A stretch of 64,000 bases of DNA from Malacoraja senta (Eukaryota): contig CM075993.1 in assembly GCA_038087875.1 (NCBI GenBank), positions 6,636,001 through 6,700,000 of the forward strand, in the 5' to 3' direction. The position numbers and the translations under genes are program-made. This document shows, piece by piece, positions 1-12,200 of this stretch. The notes below the pieces were generated by a model. That model ran no database searches and was not told the origin of the DNA. It was given only the letters and a program-made list of their open reading frames with translations. How positions within the stretch are numbered: the stretch's first letter is position 1; each line of letters starts with the position of its first letter.

Positions 1-92
1 TTCCCGTGCGGTATCTCTAAACTAAACTAAACAAAATTAAACTCTCCCGCTGCGCCACCTGTGTGAACTAACTGTGGCCTTCCTCTACTCAG

Positions 93-206
93 GTATCAGG
101 GAGAGCGCTGTTTGTGGGACTGGGATTACAATTTATTCTCGGCATCTTCATCATCAGGACGGAGCCTGGCTTTCAGGCTTTCAACTGGCTTGGAGTCCAA
201 ATCCAG
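93..206 (+). CDS. slc28a1: SLC28 exon: [38 protein letters not shown]
   Basis: ctcag|GTA...CAG|gtatgt, 114 nt, phase 0-0. Confidence 0.93.
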
Positions 207-3200
207 GTATGTCCAGAGGGAAGATGTCGTCAAACCGAAACGATTGTCAAATGCACAATGTACAGGTTTCAGGTACATCGAAACTCCTGCTTGTGGCAGC
301 ATCTTCCCAGCTTCTTCCCATCTATTATCAGGCAACTGAACTGTCCTCTCACCAACCAGAGCATAGAAACATAGAAGCATAAAAAACACGTGCACGTAGG
401 CCATTCAGCCCTTTGAGCCAGTACTGACATATATATACACACACACCAGTGGGCAGGTGCTATAGACCTGCACGGGAAGGTAGACGCTCCCGCCCCCACG
501 AGTCTCGGGCAGATGGGGCTCGTCAGCCTGGGAAGGCAGTCCATCTAGGAGATTTAAAACCTCCACTGCCTTGTGGCCATATCCAGTCATGGAAAAGGCT
601 CCAGGAGTGAACCTCAAGAAAATCCGGAGTCGGAGCCCCTAAGGCAGTTCATCGTTCTCTACAACCTCGCACTGGCAGCTACTGCGACGGCGTTGGCTGG
701 CGGTGTGTCAGATTTCTTCCTGAGTCTCAACAAGGTGGTGGGTGTATGGAACGAGCTGCCAGAGGAGGTAGTTGAGGCAGCGACAATCCCAACGTTTAAG
801 AAAAAGTTAGACAGGTACATGGATAGGACAGGTTTGGAGGGATATGGACCAAGCGCAGGCAGGTGGGACTGGTGTAGCTGGGACATGTTGGCCGGTGTGG
901 GAGAGTTGGGCCGAAGAGCCTGTTTCCACGCCGTATCACTCTATGACTCTGTAAGAAATGTCCAAACAGTTTCCGCCACAGACCCATTCATCTCTCCAGC
1001 ATTGTGTTTTTTGCAAGAGGTACAGAAATATTATAACTTTAGATTCAGTGACAGTTTCTTCCCAGCTGTTAAACCAGTGGTGTCAGAATCCCATGAACAA
1101 AGAACAGAAAAGTTTCCATCAGACATAGGAGCAGAATAGGACCATTTAGCCCATCGAGTCATAAGATCATGTGATAGGAGCAGAATTAGGCCATTTGGCC
1201 CATCAAGTCCACTCCGTCATTCAATCATGGCTGATCTATCTCTCCCTCCTAACCCCATTCTCCTGCCTTCTCGCCATAACCCCTGACACCCATACTAATC
1301 AAGAATCTATCTTATCTCTGCCTTAAAAATATCCAGTCTTGGCCTTCTGTGGCAAAGAATTCCACAGATTCACCACCTTCTGATTAAAGAAATTTCTCCT
1401 CATCTCCTTCCTAAAGGAACATCCTTTAATTCTGGGGCTATCTCCTCTGGTCCTAGACTCTCCCACTAGTGGAACCATCCTCTCCACATCCACTCTATCC
1501 AGGCCTTTCACTATTCGGTATGTTTCAATGAGGTCTCCTCTCATCTTTCTAAACTCCAGCGAGTACAGGCCCACTCCGTTTCAATAGACAATAGGAGCAG
1601 GAGTAGACCATTCGGCCCTTCGAGTCAGTACCGCCATTCACTGTGATCATGGCTGATCATCCACAACCAGTACCCCGTTCCTGCCTTCTCCCCGTATCCC
1701 TCTTTAAGAGCCCTATCTAGCTCTCTCTTGAAAGTACCCAGAGAATTGGCATCCAGAGAATTGGAGAGTCCAGAGAAAGCATAAATAGAGCTGTTCTACT
1801 GTGTTCCTTCTCATTATGAAAAAGAACTGTGTGGGAATGTCAACGCCGTGTCTTACTTACCTGTAGATAATAATTCCCCGTTTGTTTTTCCTTGCAGACT
1901 TTTCTGAATTATACGACTGCAGGATCCAGGTTTCTCTTTGGAGATCAGCTGATCGACGGCATTTTCGCATTTCAGGTCATTCTTCTCCATCTGCCCGTTC
2001 ATTCTGTTGAATTTGGTGCCGAGGTTTAACGACTCTGTGATCAACCTGTTAGTGCCAATAAGATGGCGTTGTGTGGAGGACACAATGAGAGGTTAACCTG
2101 GATAAAACGCTTCATACTTAACCCTGCCCGCTCAACCACAATTCCAGATCCAAGGCAGTTGTCTGGCATAGGAATGTTTTTGTTTGGATACTGGAAGGAG
2201 AGAGTCTATATTAGTTAACACTGAAAAATGTAGAGATCAGGGTGGCACGGTGGCACAGCAGTGGAGTTGCTGCCTTATGGAGTCAAAGACCCGGGTTCGA
2301 TCCCGACTACGGGTGCTGCCTGTATGAAGTCTGTACGTTCTCCTCGTGACCCCTGTGGGTTTTCTCCGAGATCTTTGGTTTGCTCCCACACTCCAAAGAC
2401 GTAGAGGTTTGGCTTGGTATGAATGTAAATTGTCCCTAGTGTGTGTGTGTAGGATTGTGTTAATGTGCGGGGATCGCTGGTCGGCGTGGACTCGGTGGGC
2501 CGAAGGGGTTGTTTCCGCGCTGTATCTCTAAACTAAACTGAACTAAAGAAGGAAATGCAGATGCTGATTTACAAAGAAACCGTCACAAAGTACTAGAATA
2601 ACTCACCGGGTCAGGCAGCATCTCTGGAGAAAATGGATAGGTGACATTTCAGGTTGGGACACTTCTTGGACTGAGTCCCGACCCGAAACGTCGCCTATCC
2701 AAGTTCTCCAGAGATGCTGCCTGACCCGCTGAGTTACTCCAGCAATTTATGACTTTTTAGTTAAGAATGAGAACACTGAGGAAGGTCGAACATGATTTAG
2801 TTTTCCCTCCAGTTTAAATACGGATATTCACATGATTTGGCTAAGGTTTTCGAATCTGGAAAGTAGATTTGTTCTTGGTAGCTTGGCAATGCTTGATTGA
2901 ACATGGGGATGTAAGGGTGGATGGCTTAGGGTGGAATCGGGTGAAATTTCAGGTCGTCCAGGACAGAATGTGGCGTTTGTAGCCATGGAGAGCTGAGGGT
3001 CAACACAGCGGTAGAGTTGCTGCCTTACAGCGCCAGAGACCCAGGTTCGATCCCCACTACGGGCGCTGTCTGCACGGACGTTCTCCCCGTGACTGCGTGG
3101 GTTTTCTCCGGGAGATTCGGTTTCTTCCTACACTCCAAAGACATACAGGTTTGCAGGTTAATTGGCTTCTGTAAATTGTATGTTGTGGCTGGTGTGTGTG

Positions 3201-6200
3201 GGATCGAACTAATGCATGGGGAGATCGCTGATCGGCTTGGACTCGATGGGCCGAAGGTCCTGTTTCCACGCTGCATCTCCAAAACTAAAACTAAACCATG
3301 ATGCCCATTTCCCAATAGGGCCTTGAGAACTTAAATGGAGTGGGGTTACGAGACCTTGGTTCTTTGGCCGTTCTCGCCCAATCCATGGCTGGTTGTGAAT
3401 TGGAATCCTTGCCATTGTCCCTGCATGAGCTCCGTCAACATGGTTTGACTTGATGTCCCATCTCCCCATCCACAGGCACTGCCGATTGTTGTCTTCTTCA
3501 GCTCCGTGATGTCCATTCTCTACTACATTGGCGCGATGCAATGGATAATCCTGAAGGTAGTACCAAGAGCCCGCGGTAGGTATAGCTGAATGCACAGCGC
3601 GATAGTGTAAGTGCTTGGCATCCTCCTTCTGAAAGCCATTTGTCGACTTCAATGGAACACAGTTTGGAGGCAGAACACAATGAGCCACCCCCCGAGATAC
3701 ATCACTCTGAAGGTAACATGTCTCATCTTATGCTTCCCTCTCTGCGTCAACCCACCACCACTCTCTCACCTCACCTCGCTTTGCCTTCCCGTAGACACTG
3801 ACAATGTTATGGTACGAAGATAGACACAAAAAACTGGAGTAATTCAGCGCGACAAGCAGCATCTCCGGAGAGAAGGAATGGGTAACGTTTCGGTCCGAAG
3901 AGAGGGTCTCGACCCGAAACCTCACCCATTCCTTCTCTCCACAGATGCTGCCTGTCCCGCTGAGTTACTCCAGCTTTTTGTGTCTATCTTCGGTTTAAAC
4001 CAGCATCTGCAGTTCCTTCTTACACAGACACGTAATGGTACGTTTAAGGCACTTTATTTGTCCCATGTACCGAGGTACGGTGAAATTCATTTTTAGATTC
4101 AGTTCAGTACAAGTATCACTATACATAAGCACTGAGATACATCTTAGATAAGCATCTCAGATGCAGTACAAGTGTATAACAGGAGTGCACTGAGACAGTA
4201 TGCAGAGATGCCATATTTTGACACCATTTTCAAGTCCCAGTTGTTGTTAGTGCAGGGATCTTGACCTGACCATGAAGGTCTGTTGTCCTGGCAACATTGC
4301 AGGGTCGGCCTGGCCAAGTGCAGGCGTAGCGTTCTCCACCGCTGTAGGCTGCGTGCCCCTTGGAGCGTGCCCCATGTTGCTGCAGGGCCTCCAGTGGTGC
4401 CCAATCTAATGGAGCCCCAGGCTTCTGCGGGGCCTCCAGCGGCCCACTCCCCCATCGAGGCCATGCACTCCCTCCCACAGCCCGCCTGCTCACGCTTCAG
4501 GTGGGTACCCGTGGGCCCTCGAACGGCGGGCTGCGGTCCACAAGGATGGCTCGCTGTTACGACATCCCAAATTGCAGTCCGTACGAACTGTGGTGTCGTT
4601 TCTCCAGATTGCGTGGTTGATGCAGATTACTATGGGCACGTCAGCAACAGAGACTCTGAGCGTCGCTGGCAATATCTTTGTGGGACAGGTAGGTCGACAA
4701 TCACAGGTAACTGCCTCCTCCAGCTGTGTTGTAATGCTTCTGCCAACCTGCTTTGCCAATGCGGACAATGGCATCTCTCCTTCTTGAGAACGTCAATGGT
4801 TCCGAGCCAGATGTCCACACCATTGTATGCCAGTCGGGACCAACAGGCCAATGTTTGGATAGCTTACAAAGAAGCATAGAAACATAGAAAATCAGTGCAG
4901 GAGTAGGCCATTCGGCCCATATGGCCAGCACCGCCAATTAATATGATCATGGCTGATCATCCAAATCAGTACCCCGTTCCTGCTTTTTCCCCATATCCCT
5001 TGATTCCGTTAGCCCTAAGTGCTATATCTGACTTTCTTAAAAAAAAAACATCCAGTGAATTGGCCTCCACTGCCTTCTGTGGCAGAGAATTCCACAGATT
5101 CACAACCCTTATTCTTACACTGTGACCCCTGGTTCTGGACTCCCCCAACATCTGGAATATTTTTCCTGCATCTAGCCTGTCCAATCCCTTAAGAATTTCA
5201 TATGTTTCTATAAGATTCCCTCTCATCCTTCCAAATTCCAGTGAATACAAGCCCAGTCGACCCATTCATTCATCAAGAAAGAATGATACGTACATTGAAT
5301 TCTCCAATTTTAGCTAATTAACTTTAAACCCCCTACTTCCCTTCCTGAATCACCCTTCCCCCCCTCCCTCCCTCTCTTCCCTGTGCCCCATCTGGACGTA
5401 CCCAGTTCTCCCCTTCCCCTCCACAACCACCTATATTCCTTCATCTGGCTTCACAATTCACACTTCTTCTATTCTTATCTCACACCAAATTGCCTTTCCA
5501 TATATAGCCTTTGTCCAACCAGCTGCCCATCAAGCACCCTCCTCACCTGTATCCACCTATCACTCCATAGATGCTGCTGCACCCGCTGAGTTTCTCCAGC
5601 ATTTTTGTGTACCTTCCACCTATCACTCGCCAGGCTTTGTCCTGCCCCTCCTCATGTCCAACTTACTCGTGCCCCCACCACCCACCACATTCAGTCTGAA
5701 GAAAGTCTAGATAGATCAGCCATGGTTGAATGGCAGAGTAGACTTGATAGTCCGAATGGCTTAAGTCCCAGCCCGAAGCGTTACCTATCCATGTTCTCCA
5801 GAGACAGATACAAAATGCTGGAGGAACCGGAATGAAGGAATGGGTGACGTTTCGGGTCGAGACCCTTCTCCAGACTGAAAGTCACGGGTAAAGGAAACGA
5901 GTGATATACTCGATAATGTGATGATGTAGAGAGGTAAAGAACAAATGAATGAAAGATATGCAAAAAAAGTTACGACGATAAAGGAATCTCTCCAGAGATG
6001 GTAAAGACATCTCTGGAGAGAAGGAATGGGTGACATATCAGGTTGAGACCCTTCTTCAGACTTCTTCAGCGTCTCCAGAGATGCTGCCTGTCCCACTGAG
6101 TTACTCCAGCACTTTGTGTCTTTTTTTTAAATGTTTGCAAAAGTCAATGGTTGACTGTGCCTGCCAGCAAGCAGAGACTTCCTTCCAAAGGGCTTCCTTG

Positions 6201-9200
6201 TAACAACCTGAAGGAATAAACAAAATGCTGGAGTAACTCAGCGGGACAGGCAGCATCTCTGGAGAAAAGGAATGGGTGGCACTTCGGGTCGGGACCCCTC
6301 TTCAGACTACAGGTGCTGGTTTGCAAAGAAGGACACAAAGTGCTGGAGTAACTCAGCGGGACAGGCAGCATCTCTGGAGAGGACATGGATAGGCAATGTT
6401 TCTGGTCGGGACTCTTCGTTAGATTGATTGTAATGGAGGGGCAGGAAGCTCTGAGGGCAGGACAAAGCCTAGCAAGTGATAGGTGGATACAGGTGAGGTG
6501 GGGGGGAGGGGGTATTGGTAGATGTTTGGGTGCTGGCCAGAGATGAAAAGACAAGAGGCTGCGAGATAAGGAGATCAGGAGATAAGAGGTGTGAAATGTG
6601 AAGCCAGAGGAAAGGATAAAGGTGTAGGAAGGAACTGCAGATGCTTGGTTAAACCAAAGATAGACACACAAAGCTGGAGTAACTCAGCGGGTCAGGCAGC
6701 ATCTCCAGAGAGAGGGAATGGTGACGTTTTGGGTCGAGACCCTTTTTCAGACTGAAGAAGGGTCTCGACCTGAAACGTCACCCATTCCTTCTCTCCAGAG
6801 ATGCTGCCTGTCCTGCTGAGTTACTCCAGCATTTTGTGTCCATCTTCGATTTAAACCAGCATCTGCCGTTCTTGCCTACAACACCTGAAGGAATATTTCT
6901 TTTCAGACGGAGGCACCTCTTCTCATCCGACCCTATCTGATGGAGATGACCAAATCAGAGATCCACGCTGTGATGACTGGGGGCTTTGCCACCATCGCTG
7001 GCAGTGTGCTTGGAGCCTACATCTCCTTCGGGGTAAGGGCCAGCCAGTCTTGGAACCCACGTGGCATCAATGACCTTGACATTTGTCTTTTCACTTGAAA
7101 CTTTCATAGAATGATGGGCGGCACGGTGGCGCAGCGGTAGAGTTACTGCCTTACACTACTTGCGGTGTCAGAGACCCGGGTTCGATCCCGACTACGGGTG
7201 CTGTCTGTACAGAGTTTGTACGTTCTCCCCGTGGTCCGTGTGGGGTTTTTCATGGACCTCCAGTTTCCTCCCACACTCCAAAGACGTGCAGGTTTGTAGG
7301 TTAATTGGCTTGGTAGAAGTGTATGTAAATTGTCCCGTGTGTGCAGGGTTGCGTTAATGTGCGGGGATCGCTGGTTGGCGTGGACTCGCTGGGCCGAGGG
7401 GCCTGTTTCCGCGCTGTATCTCTGAACTAAACTGAAGTAAAGAACGGACAGCAGAAACCTAGAAACCAATGGCCAAAAACGCAGAGGCTGAGATTCAAGT
7501 CCTATTCAAACGGCACGGTGGCGCAGCTGGTAGAGACCCCGGTTCGATCCTGACCTCGGCCGCTTTCTGTGCGGAGATTGCATCTTCTCCCCGTGACCGT
7601 GTGGGTTTTCTCCGGGTGCTCCGGTTTCCTCCCACATCCCAAAGAGACGTGCGGGTGGGTCTGTAGGTCAATTGGCCCTCTGTAAAATCGCCCCTAGTGT
7701 GTATAGAGTGGATGAGAAGGTGGGATAACGTAGAACAATGTGGATGATCGTCAGCGGTCAGCATGGACTCGCTGGACTGAAGGGCCTGCTTCCATGCTGT
7801 ATCCATAAAGTAAAATAAACTACAAGGTCAAAAATGTGAGGCATCGTTTGTTAAAAGCTGGTACTAAGACAGAATTTTATAGACTCAGAATTAATGGAAA
7901 TTTTTTTAGGAAGATGATGAGAAATGTCTTTAGTCAGAGCGGGTGGTGGATCTGTGGAATTCTTTGCCACAGAAGGCTGTGGAGGCAATCGACAATAGAC
8001 AATAGGTGCAGGAGTAGACCAGTCGGCCCTTCGAGCCAGCACCGCCATTCAATGTGATCATGGCTGATCATCCACAATCAGTACCCCGTTCCTGCCTTCT
8101 CCCCATATCCCCTGACTCCGCTTTCTTTAAGAGCTCCATCTAACTCTCTCTTGAAAGCATCCAGAGAATTGGCCTCTACTGCCTTCTGAGGATCCACTTC
8201 CTTCAGTGGATATTTTTTAAGGCAGAGATAGATAGATTCTTGAATGGTACAGGTGTCAGAAGTTATGGGGAGAAGGCAGGAGAATGGGGTGAGGAGGTAG
8301 ATCAGCCATGAATGAATGGCGGAGTAGACTTGATGGGCTGAATGGCGTAATTCTACTCCTATCACTTGTCACCTTACTACCTTATGCCGGTGCCAAACGT
8401 GATGCCTTCTTTACATTTTGCCGCTCAGACCTTCAACCCACGCCCTCTAATATTAGATATTTCTAACCTGGGGAAAGGGTTCTAACTGTCCATCATATCT
8501 ACGCCTGACATAATGGATGCACGGAGTCTCTTGCCCAGAGTAGGGGAATCGAGGACCAGAGGACAGAGGTTCAAGGTGAAGGGGAAAAGATTTAATAGGA
8601 ATCTGAAGGGTAACTTTTCCACACAAAGGGTGGTGGGTGTATGGAACAAGCTGCCAGGTTAGGTAGTTGAGGCTGGGACTATCCTAACATTTAAGAAACA
8701 GTTATACAGGTACAGTTCCTTCCTACACATCCTAATATCGTTTTTAATTCATCTTTCAAGAAACTGACCGGAATCTCTTGGGTTAGATGTTCTTCTCCAT
8801 TAATATCTTCGTCCTCGCCTTGCCTTCCAGATTAATGCGTCTAATTTGATAGCGGCATCCGTAATGGCTGCACCGTGCGCTCTCGCTCTGTCCAAACTCA
8901 GCTACCCTGAAGTCGAGGAATCCAAGTTCAAGACTGAGGAAGGAGTGAAACTAGACAGTAGGTGTGTGTGTCCAGCCCTGCTCTGTATGTATGTGTCCAT
9001 GATCAAAACTCTCCCGAGTCTTTAACGTCTTAGGACATAAGTGATAGGAGCAGAATTAGGCCAATTGGCTCTGTCGACTCCGCCATTCATAAGATCATTA
9101 GATCATTAGATCATGTGATAGGAGCAGAATTAGGCCATTCAGCCCATCAAGTTCTCCGCCATATCTCTCTCCTAACCCCATTCTCCTGCCTTTTCCCCAT

Positions 9201-12200
9201 AACCCCTGACACCCGTACTAATCAAGAATCTATCTATCTCTGCCTCAACAATATCCATTGGCTTGGCCTCCACAGCCTTCTGTGGCAATGAATTCCACAG
9301 ATTCACCACCCTCTGACTAAAGAAAATCCTCCTCATCTCCTTCCTAAAGGAACGTCCTTTAATTCTGAGGTGATGGCCTCTAGTCCTAGACTCTCCCACT
9401 AGTGGAAACATCCTCTCCACATCCATTCTATCCAAGCCTTGGATACTAGGCTCATTAGGAATTGGGACTTGAAATTGGGAAATTGGGTGGCACCATGACG
9501 CCCAATCTACAGTGATGAAGTTGCTGCCTCACAGCACGGAAACAGGCCCTTCGGCCCACCAAGTCCATGCCAACCAACGATCACCTATTCATGAGCACTA
9601 TCCTACACACTAGGGCAAAATTACATTTCTACCGAAGCCAACTAACCTACAAACTTGGCCGTCTATGGAGTGTGGGAGGAAACCAGAGCACCCGGGGAAA
9701 ACCCACGCGGTCACAGGGAGAACGCACAAACTCCGTACAGACAGCATCCATAGTCTGGATCGAACCCGGGTCTCTGGCGCGTTTAAAGCTAACCATTCCT
9801 TTCTTTTATTTATTCCCCCTTCAGCGGAGAACAGAATGTTCTAGAAGCTGCAAGTAATGGTGCCTCTGCCTCGGTTGGTTTGGTTGCTAACATCGCCGTG
9901 AACCTACTTGCATTTTTAGCTATTCTGAAGTTTTTGAACGCGGCTCTCTCTTGGTTTGGAGGTATGGTGGACTACCCTCAGCTCAGCTTCGAGGTATGAT
10001 ACAACTTTACACCTGGGCCTGTCCCCCTGTGAACACCACACCCATATCCACACAGACCTGCCGTCCACACCTCCAACCATGACCGCCAGATAATCGCAGT
10101 CAATTGTGGACGCAGCCCAGACCATCACACAAACCAACCTCCCTTCCATTGACTCCATTTATACCTCACGCTACCTCGGCAAGGCCAGCAGCATAATCAA
10201 GGACAAGTCACACCCTGGCCACTCCCTCTTCTCCCCTCTCCCATCGGACTAAAGGTATAGAACTGTGAAAACGCACACCTCCAGATTCAGGGGCAGTTTC
10301 TTCCCAGCTGTTCTCAGGCAATTGAATCATCCTACCACAATCAGAGAGCAGTGTTGAACTACTCTCTACCTCTTTGGTGACCCTCGGACTATCCTTGATC
10401 AGACTTTATTGGTTTTACCTTGCACTAAACGCTATTCCCTTGTCATGTCTCTGTGCACAGTTAAAGCCCTGTCCCACGGTACAAGTTCATTCCAAGAGCT
10501 CTCCCGAGTTTAAAAAAAATCAAACTTGTGGTAAGCACGGAGAATGAACGTAGCGGGTACGTCGGAGCTCGGGGACGTCTCTTAGCGCTAACGGCAGGTA
10601 CTCGGGAAGACTCGCTAACGACAGGTAAGCAGGGGAAGACTCGTGAAGATTTTTCAACATGATGAAAAATGTCCACGAGAGCCCCGAGTACCGACGAGTG
10701 GCCATTACCGTAAATCTCCGAGTTCAAATCAGGGCAAACTCGGGAGAACTCTTGGAATGAACTTGTACCGTGGGACAGGGGTTTAAATGGCTCGATTGTA
10801 ATCATGTATTGTCTTTCTGCTGGTTAGTTAGCACGCAACAAAAGCTTTTCACTGTACCTCAGTACACGTGGCAATAAACTAAACCTGTCACCAAGCAACA
10901 ACGTTAGTCACTCCAATCCACTGACAAGTTCAGTATCAGATTGGTAGCTACAGCATGTTGGTCTACCCAGGTGACAGGTAGATGAGAACATACAAGGCGT
11001 GATTAGTAAGTTTGCAGATGACACGAAAGTAGATTATTTTATTTTGGATTATTATATTTTATTTTGGATTAATTTATTTACATTACATTTATTTTATTTT
11101 AGTGTAGTTTATTACCACCACGTGTACGTGCAGGGATGTCACACTAACACTGCCCTGCACACACTAGGGACAACATTACATTTATAACCAAGTCAATTAA
11201 CCTACAAACCTGTACGTCTTTGGAGTGTGGGAGGCAACCGAAGATTACGGAGAAAACCCACGCGGGTCACGGTGAGAACGTACAAACTCCGTACAGACAA
11301 GCACCCACTAGTCAGGATCGAACCCGGGTCTCTGGCGCTGTGAGGTTGTAGCTCTACCACTGCGCACCGTGCCGCCAAGTTCTCCAGTATGAGTACATTT
11401 TTGATAACTGTAACATAAATAATCAAAAGATCATAAAATCATAAGACACGAGCAGAATTAAGCCATTCGGCCCATCGAGTCTGCTCCACCATTCAATCAT
11501 GGCTGATCGGTATTTCCCTCTCAACCCCATTCTCCTGCCTTCTCCCCATAACCGTGAAAAAAATCTATACATGATTACACTCCTTAGGTTAAGAAACTAG
11601 TCCACAATTACCTCCCAGACATATTATTTACCACCTCATATTTATCATTGCTTATTTTCTTCCAGCTTCTTTCATCTACCTTCTCAAACACTTCACAACT
11701 TTCACAAATTCACAAGTTCACGTTATACGAGTAGAATTAGGCCATTCGGCCCATCGCGTCTACTCCGCCATTCAACCATGGCTGATCTCTGCCACCTAAT
11801 CCCATTTTCGTGCCTTTTCCCCATAACCCTTGGCACCCATTATAATCAAGAATTTGTCTATCTCTGCCTTCAAAATATCCACTGACTTGGCCTCCACAAC
11901 CCTCTGTGGCAATGGGTTCCACAGATTAACTACTCTCTCACTAAAGAAGTTCCTCCTCACCTCCTTTCTAAAAGAGCGCCCTTTAATTCTGAGACTATGA
12001 CCTCCGGTCCTAGACTCTCCCACCAGTTGAAACATCCTTTCCACATCCACTCTATCTATGCCTTTCATTATTCTGTAAGTTTCAATGAGGTCCCCCCTCA
12101 ACCTTCTAAACTCCAGTAAGTACAGGCCCAGTGCTGTCAAACACACATCCCACTCATTTCTGGGATCATTCTTGTAAACCTCCTCAGGACCCTCTCCAGA

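Noticed and set aside
99..101. Gly in place of the usual Trp in VSWR (here VSGR)
   Set aside because: A single-base difference at a position not known to me to be essential; the rest of the gene is intact, so it is not evidence of a pseudogene. Read validation would settle it.
900..955. SINE and CR1 LINE sharing the GGGCCGAAGGGCCTGTTTCC tail as a novelty
   Set aside because: Real, but SINE-LINE tail sharing of this kind is already known for elasmobranch HE1/HER1-type elements.
7116..7200. tRNA genes
   Set aside because: The A/B boxes belong to SINE heads that run into the V-domain; no intact cloverleaf or terminator.
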